Of a stretch of DNA of 64,000 nucleotides, positions 1 to 13,280 are shown one piece after another (the stretch's first letter is position 1; each line of letters begins with the position of its first letter). The notes beneath the pieces were generated by a model that was not told the origin of the DNA, did no database searches, and saw nothing but the letters and a program-made list of their open reading frames with translations. Origin of the DNA: Hydrolagus affinis. Taxonomy: Eukaryota. The DNA is taken from contig JAAILG010001530.1 in NCBI GenBank assembly GCA_012026655.1, positions 1-64,000 on the forward strand, read 5' to 3'. The position numbers and the translations under genes were made by a program.

Positions 1-145
1 CCCCGAATTCTTTGACCTCCCCTTCGTGTTTCACCCCTTCCCAAACACTCCCCTCCCAGCTCGGGTCACACTCCCCCTGTGCAGCGCCTTGGGACGTCCT
101 CCCGACGTGAAAGGCGCTCTATAAATGTAATTTGTTGTTGTTGTT
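1..145 (+). mobile_element. L2-type LINE 3' end (family B)
   Basis: Pyrimidine tract, hairpin agcgccttgggacgtcctcccgacgtgaaaggcgct, (TTG)n tail. Confidence 0.85.
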
Positions 146-2441
146 GAATGGTTCATTTTATTTAAGGGGAAACTCCCTTCACTTTTCAAATAGTGCATGG
201 GATCGTTAACGTCTATCTGAACAGGCAAACAGGACCACGGTTTAACACACAGTGATCCTGACACACTGGAAGCACATCCAACAGTGCTGAGTGTGGACTA
301 TATGAGCTTCAAGTCCTAACATGGACTTGCAACTCAACTTTCTGACTCAGAGTGGCTCATTGAGCTAGGCTGACACATATGTTCTTTTCTCTGATCACAA
401 AGCACAGATTGTTCTGTTGTATCGTGAATCAGGGAAATATTGTGAGACTATTTCTGTTGGAATTAAAATTTCCGACAGCAAATAGTTATGCTTTAAAAAG
501 CAAAGCTCTGATGGATTGTTCAGATTGTGCTTTGACAAGCTAACAGCTTGATCTTTGCCGCTAGCTGGTAAGGGACCAGGTGTCGGCAATCTCTGCTTTG
601 TTTCTTGCATTAAAAGGAGGATGGTTGGATGGTTCTTTTCATTGTCTACCGGACATGATTGAAATTGAACACTAATATCTGGTTTATCTGGTTTATCCAA
701 AGCTGTAACAAGCCTCAAAACAGCAAATGTACATTAATAATGTATTATTTCATTGCTTGACGTAGCTACAGTGAAGAACTGGAGTCTTGTGGAGCAATGA
801 GAAAAGAAAATGTTTAACTTATAATAAAACATACGAATAAATTTTATCATAAAATTATCCTTACATTTGATATAGCTTTATCACATCGCCTCAAAGCGCT
901 TCACAGATAGACAGCATAGTGGAATCTATTTTATGTGCAAAATGTTGAAATTTAAGTTAAATACTATGATTTTCCTTTTATTTACCTATAGAATACAATA
1001 ATGAATGTAGGGTGTTTGGGGGTAATACTGCAGCTAATATATGGGATGTCCTCCTGACTTGTATGGCGCTATACAAATGTAATTTTGTTGTTGTATGCTT
1101 GGGTTCTTCCCAGTAGGTGAGGTCAACAGTAAACTACTTTCACATATCTTCTGTTCCTTTCCTTTTGTGGCTCAGTAACAACAAAAACATTCGCCCACAA
1201 ATATACAGTCAATTAAACTTTACAGTGTTTTCTGTGAAGCACTTCGGGACGTCAGTAAGGTGTGAAAAGCGCTATATCAAATGCAAGGATTATTATTACA
1301 TTGACTTGCCTATTTATTCAGCACTCCTGATGCAGGGTACCGTCCCACACAGGGGAGGGGAAGGGGTGACTGTGAGCTCAGTTGAACAGGAAGGCACAAC
1401 CTGAAGATGGGGAAGGGGAAGAGAGGGAAAGTGTTTCCCGACCTTCCTGAATGGTCCATTTTATCCGTTGGGGCCACTGGACACATCTTGTGTATCACCT
1501 TCTGAACCCAAGAATGAAGCTGAGTTGAATTCTGATGCTTGTTTGTTTACATTGTATTTCATAGTACACTTGCATTGCTCCATCAGCCACTTTGTCTTAC
1601 ACACGTTCAGTGTTGTCCTGCTCTCTACTCTTTCAGCAGCAAGGGCTAAAGAATGATTTGAAGCCAGGCGCAGAATTTCAAAAGGTAAATTGATCCCTCA
1701 ATTTTCCTGGCATCACTGAAGCCCTCACTAAACCACTTTGGCAGTTTATCACACAATCAGAGTCGCTGGATTGAATTACAGGGCTGACAATTCACTCCCA
1801 GACATTCAGTGTTCTGTACTCAACACCTGTTGCAACGTGAAAACGATGCATTCCATCTCATCGCTCACTCAGAGGACTATTTTATGATTGAACTTTTGTG
1901 GAACAGCCTATCCAGGGAAGTGCCTGGGCGGATTATGTCAACAAATTTAGAGGGAATGAAATAGCCATTTGGTAAAGATCTCAGTTGCAGTGTGTGACAG
2001 ATAGTGTGGTAGTATTCAATTCATATTTATTATTTGACTTGCCACTGGACAGGTCTGGGCTGGTCAGTTCCTATGATGCTTGGGAATCCTACAGGTTTCC
2101 TGTGAACTATTATCTTCTATGTCTTCAGATTTTCTTGGATGAAGCAATAAAACGAGGGAGAAATGTCTGTAATTGCCTTATTTAAAAAAAATTGAGATTT
2201 TAATTCTTTCCAGCATATCAGAGAATGATTGTGATGCGGTAGTTTAAATATATTGGATTTGTAAATGATCCACTATAGAAGAGAAAACCACTTTAGATGA
2301 CTGTTAAATCCTCTTAACCTCCACAATGGGTCGCACACCTTCCTTCTGTGCTGTAAATTTCTACGTTTCTAAGTGTACGTTTGAGCAGACTGTGTTTTGT
2401 GAGTAGGAGCAGAATCTCCCAGAAGAAAGTTTGTAGAAGTA

Positions 2442-2949
2442 CAGGTACCCCTTCCCCAATCCCGGGGGATACATTCCTGAAAACCTCCGCGGTTAGTAAA
2501 AGTGCGGTTGGAAAATGCAGGGCCCTGTGGGAAACATGGGGATAGGGGGAGTAGGTTTGCTTGTCCTTGAACTAAGCACAAACAAATTCATGTTATTTAC
2601 CTAAATCCTAATGATGATGATGATGATGATGATGGGGGAGGTGGTTGTTACGTGCTGTTCCATGGAAGCGGGGCCCTCTTCCTCTGCCTCCTCCAGATCA
2701 TAAATCACCGACAAGTGTGAGGGGGGGTGGATCTGGACAAGGTGGTGTGGTGGGTGACACCGAGGGGGGTGGATGAGGAGAAGCGACATCGTGGCTGGTT
2801 GATTGCGAAATCACAACTGGGTCCTAGCGCCAAACCCTAGTGTTAGTGTTAAAACCCATTGCCGTGGTTGGCAAGGGTTGTCGCAGAGAGGCAACTGTGG
2901 ATAAGTGAAATTAGTGGTAGAAAAAAACGCTGTTGTTGCGGGGTACCTG
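2442..2949. mobile_element. Non-autonomous Tigger/pogo-like DNA element
   Basis: TA|CAGGTACCCC ... GGGGTACCTG|TA: 10-bp perfect TIR core with TA target duplication; subterminal ggggatacattcc and ggataagtgaaa resemble Tigger-type ends; no transposase. Confidence 0.75.
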
Positions 2950-3649
2950 TATTGTTTGCTGAGCAGTTGATATAAGATCTCACATTAAACTCAAGTATTG
3001 TACATTAAAGCTTTTTCCCTTCATTCTGGCTATAGATTCATGCCATTCCACCTGTCTATCTCTGTGATGTTCTGACTCACTTTCTGCTCACCACCTCCGC
3101 TCAGCAAACAAGCCAACTGCATGTCCTCCACCTGCCGTCAGTGGCTAAGGTTCATTACCTACACTCCCTAACTCTGGAACTCCCTCTCTCCTCTGTCGCA
3201 TTCTCTCTCTGACTTTAAATCCCATCGAAAAACCTACGTTCTTGAGTGTGCCTAAGATACATTTTTCTTTGTTTTAAAAGAGAACTTCAGGAAGGTATAT
3301 CCAAAGAGCTATTGAAGTGCAGGGATTGACAAATTGGTTGTAATTACAATCACCGTGGCTTCTAAACACTTGGCGTTTGACACCAACACACGATTATGTT
3401 CTGTGAATTAGCTGAAATCTGTTAGTGTCACTTTATGAAGATGTTTGCAGACCTTTAGACCTGCCTCAATACTCAAAGGGGGAAATGTTTTTTTCTCCCT
3501 TTTCAATTATGTTGAAAGATGTGGCACTGCACTGTGGAGTAGACATTTGTCGGATATTGATATTCGATTGTAACACTACTGTTTTGGTTAATTCTACATT
3601 TACTAATATTGCTACTACTCTTGACCCTTGCATTTGGTATTGTGCCTTT

Positions 3650-4102
3650 CTCATCGGAAGGATGTCCCAAAGCACTTTACAGGATTCAGTGTAAAGTGTT
3701 AAGACTGTATTGTTGGGCGAATGCACCAACCAATTAGCACACAGCAACATCCTCTAAACAGTCATGAAATGACTGAACCATTTTATTTGGGGGATTTGTG
3801 GGCCAGTTTCTCCTGGTCTCCTTTGCTGATCAGGAGAAACTTCCTTCTCTTTTTTTGAATAATGCCATGGGATATTACAGACGTGAAAAGCGCTATATCA
3901 AATGCAAGGATTATTATTATTATTTTATTTAACGTCCACCTGAACAGGCAGGTGGGACCTTGATTTAATGTCCCATCTGAAAGATGGCACCTTTTACAAT
4001 GCAACACACCCCAGCACTGCATTGTCAGCCTAGGCTATGTGAGTAAAGGTCCCAATGTGAGGCTTGAACCCACAACCTTCTGACATGGATCCAGGCTAAC
4101 AC
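3650..4102 (-). mobile_element. Old DeuSINE-like (SacSINE1-type) SINE with a nested family A tail at 3878-3925
   Basis: Reverse complement reads ggttgtgggttcaagcc..taggctgacaatgcagtgctgg..gtgccatctttcagatgggacattaaatcaagg..tcaggtggacgttaaa..tcccatggcattatt. Related copies at about 150-377, 9790-9900, 21150-21240, 22718-22885, 34535-34865, 35575-35715 and 58772-59450. Confidence 0.7.
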
Positions 4103-4891
4103 ATATTTCTGCTTGTAACAATGCAATACAATTTGATAACTCATCAAATAATTAAATATCTAGTGATGCAGTGACTGCTCTCAGCTCCCACATGCTGCTG
4201 CTAAACTGAATTTCCTGTGGTTGTATTGATTGGAGTGATCACCTTTTGTTTCTGGGCTATTTGCTGAGTGATTATTTATTTCTTAAAGAGCAGATATTTA
4301 ATCAAATTATCCTTTTGGAAAATATTGGAAAATACCTGAAATTAAATGAGCTCCTTTTACTGGGTTTATATGGAAATTTCTGAAAGGTTTCCTTGATTAC
4401 CCAATGTTCTTATACAATAAAACAAGGTATAATTGAAGTCTCCAAGCATTTTGGCTTTTGCCTAGTGCAGTTTTCTTACCTTAGAAATAAAATTGTGCTA
4501 CACTTTGAGTTGAGCCTGTGGCCAGCTTGCTGGTGCTAATATCAGGCACTTTAATATTCTGTGTATTAAAACTCACAGTCTCCCAAGACAGCCTTCCTGA
4601 GGGTGTTGAGGCTGTCTTCTTCTGCGAGAGTTTTGTTCAAGCTTTATTTCAGACTAATGAGTCCTGTGGAAATTTGTACATTTGTAGTATCACAATCCAT
4701 AATAGTACTCCCTGTGACTGACCCTCACAATCCATCTCAGATCCTGTGAGTTTCTGGAAACAGTGTTTTCAGCACGACTAGGCCTGTGTTCAGGTGGAAT
4801 GTAGAGTGTATACAGATGGGTTTGAGTATTCTAACTGGACCGCTGTGCTTGGGCAAAGGTTTCTGACATTTCCAATCCTGTCTCTCCTCAG

Positions 4892-4990
4892 GGGAGTAAC
4901 GTAATGGAAGAAATGGACTTACAAGATCTTGGAATTCATGATGCAGGTCATCGGCGAAAAATTCTTCAGGCTGCACGCTCTCTTCCTAAG
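4892..4990 (+). CDS. ANKS1A: ANKS1A exon, C-terminal half of SAM1 ([33 protein letters not shown])
   Basis: tctctcctcag acceptor, AAG|gtaagg donor, 99 nt, phase 0-0. Matches Odin SAM1 as I recall it ([33 protein letters not shown]). Upstream exons lie outside the window. Confidence 0.95.
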
Positions 4991-7900
4991 GTAAGGCTCC
5001 TGGCTGGTTTGTGTTCATTCAGAAAGATTTCACATGGTATAGACAAGGTATCGCTATCACTAACCAGATGTTTTATTTCCAAATTCTGAATCAACAGTTG
5101 TGGTAACAACACCTCCCACTACTGAACTCCCACTAACCAAAGTCGGTTCTTGTTAGTCATCGCTACCATTCTTCTAACATAAACCTGTGTGGGTTTTACT
5201 ACGTTTTTGTATTTTTAGTCATTTAGTGTGTGAGTATTTGAATCAAGAGTAAATTTTACTAAGAGTGTTGAATGTTGTTTGAAAAATGTATAATTCACCT
5301 TGTTTAATTTATTTGTGGGTTTTCTTAGTTTTGTCAGTTTCGTTCATACACTGTGGTGATGTGGGCTGATGTTTCATTAACTGGCAAGTGAACGGAGGGT
5401 TATGTCCTGTTAATAAAGTTCAGCCCTCTTTTAAATGTAATTCTAATTTGCTAGATTTATCTCTTATAAATCGATTTTTAATTTGGGGGCAGGTTGCAAA
5501 CTCAAGTTAATAAATGGTAATAATAATTCTTGTATTTGATATAGCACCTTATCATGTCGTTTGAAACATCTCAAAGCGCTTCACTGTGAAGTATACTGTG
5601 AAGTCAATTGACTTGTGTTTTGTGGGCGAAATGCAGCAGCCAATTGCGCACAGCAGTGTGTCACAAACAGTCGTGGCCCAAGTATTTAAAAATTATTAAA
5701 GGGAAAGCGATCTGCCAATTAACTACTAACTGGGTAATATTATTATTACTACCTGATCACAAGTCAGATAGTAAATATGAAGTGAATAGTACTACACTAT
5801 CTGTCACAGACTATTAAAAAAATTATTAGAAATGATATTCTATTAAATGGGAGAAAATGGTATGTAATTACCATTATATGGCAGGTCAGGGCGAAACCTT
5901 GGGCAAGTTTCTTATTCCACAGGCCTGTTAATAATCCCTCGAATAAAAAAAATATATATTGGTCACATCAATCCACGATGTTCTGTCAGCTATAAAATTC
6001 CATTCAGAGCTACTGCTTGAAAATGTTTCTGAAGTCACCAGGTCAGGCCCACCACCTTCAGCCACGATCACATGTGGATTATTACGTCGCTGAGTCAATG
6101 CACTGAGCGATTGAAGCCATTTCAAGTTTCTGTAACTGAGTTTGAACTCGTCTTTCATGTATTGCCAATCAAGTCCTGGGTGGAGCCGGTCATCAAAGCC
6201 ATACTTGACAATGTCGATGCTCTCTGCTCACCAGCCTCACCAGTGCAAGCTGCTGACTGTCCATCACTGTGCAGTCCGTGTCGTCTCCTACAGCAATCCC
6301 ACACCCCACCTCTAATCTCTTACGACCTTACTAACCAGCCACTCAGGGATCCTGCTTCATGTCCCCTGATCTATCTGCCCTAGGCAGGCAAGCTCGCAGC
6401 CTTCCTGGCCCCACTCTCTGGAACTCACAGGATTTGGGAGTTAAGCTTGTTTAGTCTGAAGTCTGTTTAGTGATGTCTTTGGAAGGAGATTTGTATAGTG
6501 ACCAGCTTGCAGCTCTAGCATAGTTCTGAAGGTTGATGTTTTGTGGGCGAAATGCAGATTGAATTTGCAGTTGCAGATTGAACTTGAAAATCAACCATAT
6601 TTTAAACCAGGCGTAACAGGAACTGAAGGGATGGAAAAGAAAGGACAAGGACAGTTCTGAATCCCAAGTGGCTTGGTGATATTCTCAGTTTCCCAGGTCT
6701 ATAGTTCAGTGTGACCTTGATTATTGAACAACATTTTACACAGAATTACATCGTGACACAGAACAGAAATAGGCCATTTGGCCCAAGTAATGCAGCATCC
6801 CCCAACACTGCATTAGTGTGTCAGCTTAGATGAAATGGGGCCTAAGTCCCCCTGGCATTGAATAGCCTCCATAACTTTGCATCGACTCCTCATAATTCCT
6901 GCTCTGCTCACACGCGCCCTGACTTCATAATGCTGCTTAACCTTTAAAAACATATCAACCAGATATTGACAATTCTCAAGGGCTCAGAAACAATTTTCCC
7001 TCTCAACAAAAACAAATGTTTTTTCTTCTCTCCCTCACCTGCTCACCTGCGAGGTACCCCAGGGCTCCATCTTTGACGCCTTCTGTTCCTCACCCTATAT
7101 GCTCCCTCTCATTGATGTCGTCCCCAGTCATTGAGTTAACTTTCCCGATTTTCAGGACCGTGCCTATAGTCATCTTCCCCCTCCCCCGGCGCAATGTTGG
7201 GCTCCACGATTGTTAAGCACTGCCAGAGTGAAGGGCGCTATATAAATGCAAGTTGTTGTTGTTAACCTGCCAGCAGATTGAGTGGAGAGCAGAGTGGAGA
7301 ATTGGCAGTGAATAATTGAAGCTTGACTGACGACCAACATACCTAACATTCTGTACCTAATGCGTGGTGTCATGATACTAACGACAGAGTGCAGACTTTT
7401 TGTTAAAACATTTAGCTCCCACACGAGATTTTATGTAACCTTTTGCACGTATAATTCATGTAAACTCCTAGAATGAATGAATGTGAGAGTGCTTGTTTGG
7501 CAAAGGTGCTTGGCACCAGTTATACGACAATAAAGGGGGAGTGAGGTAGAAAATCAGTGTTATTGGAGAGAGAATTATTACATGCGAGTGGTTTAAAATA
7601 GCAGTAGAAACCTGCTTTGTTGATGTCTTCAGCTGGGATTTTGATTTAATTTTGATTTAATTTGCTTCACCTAGTTTGGGAACGTAACGAGAAAGTGTGA
7701 TTCATTTTGTTTGATTATGGGTTTGCATCATGACACCAAGTCAAGTGTTAAAATAGCCCCAAACCTAAGACGAAGGCGTATTTTGAGTCCATCATTGCCA
7801 CTAAATTACAGATCCTGTGCAGTTGATTTCATTAGCGTTCTGTTGCTGATTGAGCTTCCGGATTGCACATCAGCAATTCTGCTGGAAAGCAATAAAAAAA

Positions 7901-8338
7901 ACTGCAATAGTTCATAACAAACGAAGCTCATCCCTCAAGCCTACAGGCAATCCAGTGGAACGCTTCCAATAAAATTATGATTTCAACTTGTTTCAATATT
8001 GCTGTGCCGTGAAATAGCTGGACTCTGGTTCACTCACCCCTTGCCATGCCGTGCTGCCGTTTAAAGTGAGTTGAACCATTTCACACCGATTTCGCCGGAG
8101 AACTACACTCCAGGATGAAGCCATGTCACTTGAAGAGCAGATATGCTCATAAAACTGTAGCGTTTGTAGTTGAAGTAAAAGGAAGAGAATAACCTTGCTG
8201 GCTGTCCTCTGCACTCTCTTGTCAACTAAGAAGTCAAGCTTATCACCGGCAACGACGCTCAACAAGATGAATGATCTCATTCCGTGCTGCCTCCGTGGAC
8301 TCTGATTGCTGTTTGCTGTTTTATTATTCTTATTTCAG

Positions 8339-8491
8339 ATAAAGCCGCTCGGTTGCGATGGGAACAGCGGGACCTCAATCGCGGCGTGGCTGGAATCGCT
8401 GGGATTGCACGATTACATTCAGGCATTTCTGTCCAGTGGATACAACTCTATGGACTGTGTCAAAAACCTCTGGGAACTGGAGATTGTGAAC
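8339..8491 (+). CDS. ANKS1A: ANKS1A exon, SAM2 N-terminal part ([51 protein letters not shown])
   Basis: ttcttatttcag acceptor, AAC|gtaggt donor, 153 nt; SAM signature WLxxLGLxxY. Confidence 0.95.
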
Positions 8492-9585
8492 GTAGGTCAC
8501 AACATGTAACACTTTTGAACCTGTTTGAAGAGCTTATGTTCCTTGGAGTTAGCTGATGCTTAAACCTCACGTACTGTACTAGTATCATGTTGCTCAGTGC
8601 TGGCTGTTACACTGGTTACATGGGAAGGAGATATTAGTCTGTGATTCAGTTGAGGGATTCTGAAGATAGGCTAAAGCCACAAGCAGTAGTTATGCGCTTG
8701 ATGAATGTCCTCAAACTGTTAGACTAAATTATGACCTTCAGTGAACTGCATTTTTATGTGTAAATGTAACACCATTTTTCTATTGCGAGGATCAGTATTC
8801 CCTTTGTCATTTGTAGGAAGGTTTTGTAAGATTTCCGAGAGCAGCTTTGCACCCAAGATTGTCTTGAATTTGCCTATCTCCCTTTGTGGCCTCACAGGAC
8901 ATGTCTGGCTTTACAACAACAATAAAATTACATTTATAGAGCGCCTTTCATGTCAGGAGGACGTCCCAAGGTGTATTTTTACAAAAATGTTATACCCTCA
9001 GCCTCATCTTGTAGTTACTGGGCCTCTCTCTCAGCCATGCTTCTGTAATGTTACTAATGTCGATATTTTCACTGTTTCATCAGTAAGAGCACATTTGAGG
9101 TTATGCTGCCAACTCCTCTGCCCTCCATCTGATTTCTACCACAAGCCAAAATCCTCATCTTTTTCACAAAATATAAAGCACTTTGAATGCATGAGGTCAA
9201 ATATTGATTCTGTAGTTAATTATTTGGGGAGGACTGATTTGCAGGGCTGTGGGGAGAGCACGGGGAGTGGGATTGATTTGGACAGCTCCTTTCATACCGC
9301 CAGCACTGACACAATGGGCTGAATGGCCTCCTTCTGTGAAGTATAGTTCCATCAATCTGCTAAGGAATCAAATACGCATTCATACCAACTAGTCATAAAA
9401 CAATGATAATCCATATGTAAGCGTTAGTGTTATATAATAATTGTGTTGTACGTGTCTGTGAAGATTGCCAGTTTTGTATAAACTGCAGTGTTCTAAAGGA
9501 GAGTTTTCCCCTCCCCTGCAAGCGAACAGTCATTCCTGTTTGTTTGCTCCAGTTCTAGAATCATAACTGATATCTTTTACTCCAG

Positions 9586-9693
9586 GTGTTGAAGATAACC
9601 TTATTAGGTCATCGGAAACGAATCTTGGCATCCCTTGGAGACAGACCCTACGAAGAACCACCACAGAAACCACCGCGAGCGTCCCAACTGCGG
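9586..9693 (+). CDS. ANKS1A: ANKS1A exon, end of SAM2 ([36 protein letters not shown])
   Basis: cttttactccag acceptor, CGG|gtaaga donor, 108 nt; LGHRKRI SAM helix 5; [12 protein letters not shown] is ANKS1A-type. Not in the ORF track. Confidence 0.95.
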
Positions 9694-11159
9694 GTAAGAA
9701 TGGGGTGACTGTTTGTTGGGCTAATGCGCATACATACCTACCCTCAATTGTCAGAACATTTCATAACAGCAAATTAATTTAGATACTTTGGTATCAGCCT
9801 GACTCGGTTGGGAGCTCAGGTGGAGAACTGTGGGTTCCAAGCCGATCTCAGGAATTTCAATTTAGTTCACGGCTGACACTCCAGGTCAGTGCTGGAGGCA
9901 GGAGATAAATCTGACCACATGAGCAAATGGCCAATTTCTGGGTCATTTCGCTGTCAGAGATGCCACTTCTGAGCACGTAGGAGAAGTGACAGCTCGATGA
10001 CTTGGGAAATCAGCCATTTTTGGCTTCCTGAGTGCCAGCCGGTGTTTTGAACCAGAGATGGAGCCACAGTAGGTAACTGTTGAAATCCACACTCCCAATT
10101 ATTTTACAAGCAATTTGTTGTTATGACAGGGTTGGGTATGCACAACTTTAGCAATTCCTGACACCAGGGGCTCTCGAGAAGCTGTCCATCATTTTAGGCA
10201 GAAATGCATAAACTGATGACTGTCGGCAAGGCAACAGTTGCCTCGGGCTGCTCTGTACTGGGTGGGGGGATGTTCCATCTATCATCAATGTTTAATTTTT
10301 GTACAGTTTGCAAATCAAGAATGGATGGTGGGAGCTGGAAGACAGGAAAGTGAAGGGACTTAAATCTCAAATAGGCTGGAAATAGTGAAACTAGTTAGAA
10401 AGATAGAATTGGGGGGGTCGGGAGGATTGATTTTTACGCTGTAGTTGGCACAGGCTGCTGCACATCTCTCAACCTCTCTGGTGACAACCTCTCTCAACCT
10501 CTCTGGCCTCTTTGACCTTAACCTCTGGACCTGAATCTCTCCGCCTCAGCTTCTCTTTATCTATCGTTTCACTTAAAGGCTTAACTGGCTGCCCCTTGCT
10601 CAGCGTTCAACCCTGCCACAGTACAGCTCTCTGAGACTCCATCCTGCGTTAAGAGTTCTGTGTGAATGAAAGTTGTTGTTGTTAATTTTCATAGCTTAAG
10701 CTCACGAATGTGTCCAGGTAGTTCAATAGCTAGTATTGTAATGTTGAGTACACTTTCAGCAGCCGAGTGGTTAAAATCCCTTTGCTTTGTGTTATAGTTA
10801 AAATACATTCTTTTGCTTTGCACAAAATTAGTCACATAATCATGGCAGCGATGTCAGTTTTGTGCACACTAGTGACCCAATTGCAAAGGGAAAGTGATCA
10901 ATAATAAACATTAGATGTACTCAAAAATCCGAGTAAAATCTCATGTGATTGACAGTAACATACTCTCGGCGTAGGGAATATTGACAGACTGGGCTACAGT
11001 CTCTCGGCTTGTGACCTCTCCCTAACCCCTTGATTGTTGGTGCCACGTAACACACTCCCAGCCAATTCACCACTTAATGGTATGTTGCTGTGTTTAGCAT
11101 CAAAGCTCTAAATTAGGACTAGTAATACAATCATCTTCCTTGTTGCTGAATGCAATGTC

Positions 11160-11600
11160 AACAACAACTTGGATTTATTTTGCGCCCTCCACGCTAGACG
11201 GCATCTCAGAGCGCTTCACAATAACGGATCCGGTGCCGAGCCAGTGGGAGGGGGAAAAAGGTGACCAAAAGCGCAGACAAAAAGAAAAGCTTTAGCCGAG
11301 ACCTGAAAATAGGAAAGATGGGGCCGAAGCAAAGGGAGTGAGGAAGGGAGTTCCAGAGCCTCGGGCCACAGTGGCTGAAGGCATAGCCGCCAACGGTGGA
11401 ACGGAGGATTCGGGGGACAAGGTGGAGCGAAGGCAATGGGTACTGTTGTGAGCAGAGAGGAGGTCAGGGCAGTGCAGAGGAGTGGCAGGATTTGAAGACA
11501 GGAGTGAGGATCTTGAAATCGATCTGTCCCGAGACAGGGAGTCAGTGAAGTCTGGCAAGGGCTGGGGTAATCGGGGAGTGAAGTTTGGTTCGGGTGAGAA
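11160..11600 (-). mobile_element. L2-type LINE 3' fragment (family C)
   Basis: Translates to LRSTVGGYAFSHCGPRLWNSLP, the L2 ORF2 C-terminal GxRAFSxxxPxLWNSLP motif; hairpin tail. Confidence 0.88.
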
Positions 11601-12982
11601 ATGATGTCCTGCATAATAACCCTTGAATTTGATGCAGATATCATGTTTTCGAAACGTTTCCAGGTGTTTTGTAGGATTCCCTGTGAAGTGTAGTGACTGT
11701 GAAATTGAAGGCAAACATTGGGTAGAGTAAGCACCTGTATTCACATCAGCAGCTTCCAAATTCCTTCCAGATATGGTGTCATCGGGGAGGTTTGGGGTTA
11801 GAGGAGAGGCGCTGGGGTTCCCATCGAGAACTATAACGTCTAATATTGAACATCTAGTGAATGATGATGTTTAATGTAGAATCCAAACATTCTCCTGATT
11901 ATCAGTATATTATTGTATATTAGACTTGTATGCGGAACATTTTAAGCAAGTAAGAAATTTGATCTCAGATTAAAATCAATTCAGGCATCTGGTCTTTCTA
12001 AATACTGGCCTTTGGAAATGGATTTTTAATAGATTTTCATGCCTACGGCTTTCCCATAAGATAACCTCCTAATCTTTATCATTGGGGAGTTAAACCCAGG
12101 GCAATAGGCAGATGGCCTTAAAGGGAGAAAAAAAGATGAGCAGCAGTTTGTTCACTGCCATTCCTCGGGTGCTGCCCTCGTAGCCCAACTAAGCTCAGGA
12201 CCCGCTGATATCTTGGATGAATGCATTTGCCCACAGTGTTGATTACTAAGTCTCCATCGGAGGAGAACACTCTCCTGCCCCTACCTCTCCCTTACTCGGG
12301 TCCTGTCCTGACTGTCAATGCCTTGGGACGTCCTCCCGATGTGAAAGGCGCACTATCAATGTAATTGTGTTGTTGTTTTATTAGTAGCTTTCACATTCTA
12401 AAGAGAATAACTTTAACAACATCATAATTTAATAACGACACTGAATGCGATGGCAAACGGATTGGTTTGCAAAGAGAAAAACGAATATTTCATATCCCAG
12501 AATAGAAACTGAATTTTTACAGGCATCCATCCGTTTGCAGCTGCAATCACAGCCTCTCTCAACAACGCTACCAGAAAGTAAACTGTTTGTTATTCAGCAA
12601 TAATCTGCTTATCGTTAATTATGAAGAATGTAAAAGATGCTGCCTCGTCTTTAAATTAATGTTGCCCTAGGAACAGAAAGTAAAGTAGCACAATCAATCA
12701 ATTTGTACAGAATAAAAGCCAGTCTCCGTTGTAAGAGTGGTGCTGCGATAGATGGTAAGATCACGAATTTGACCTCTGTAACATTGTATTGATCAGTCCA
12801 AATCTTATTTTATTATGCAAAAGTATAAATCAATGGATCCCAGAGCCAATAAAGTGCTTGTGTGAGTGTGGTCTATTTGAGATATGAGAGGGAAGATGGT
12901 AGGTGAGCCATATGTGAATGACTAGTTTTAAGCTTTTCATGTTGAACAAGAAATATACCTTTCGTTGGTATGATTTATTCTT

Positions 12983-13280
12983 TATTCTTGCATTTGATAT
13001 GGCGCTTATCATGTCTTCTAGATGTCACAAAGCGCTTCATGGAATATACTATAAAGTGAATTGATTGTATATTTGTGGGTGAAACACGGCAGCCAATTGC
13101 GCACAGTAGTGTCCCACAAACAGTGGTGGATTGGAGTGACCAATTCATTATTGTTTTTTTGGAGGGATTGTTATTAGGCACGTGTAATAAGGAAACTTGC
13201 CCAAGGATTTGCCCTGCCTGGAATTGAACCCAGGTCTCTTGGTTACGAGGTGAGCGCTCTAACCACTGAGCTACAGGACT
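12983..13280 (-). mobile_element. tRNA-derived SINE (family A), near full length
   Basis: Reverse complement has A box TAGCTCAGTGG, B box GTTCAATTCC, body tgtgggacactactgtgcgcaattggctgcc, tail tcaaatgcaag. Confidence 0.9.

Noticed and set aside
8741-9322. 193-aa ORF, the longest in the track
   Set aside because: Intronic, crosses an L2 tail and a CR1 fragment, has no domain signature or splice logic
11206-11759. Overlapping minus-strand ORFs (also 50560-51039, 59574-60074, 61747-62221)
   Set aside because: Frameshifted L2 ORF2 remnants, not genes
12522-12576. Possible exon ASIRLQLQSQPLSTTLPE
   Set aside because: Ends in phase 1 at a weak donor, incompatible with the phase-0 neighbours; no homology
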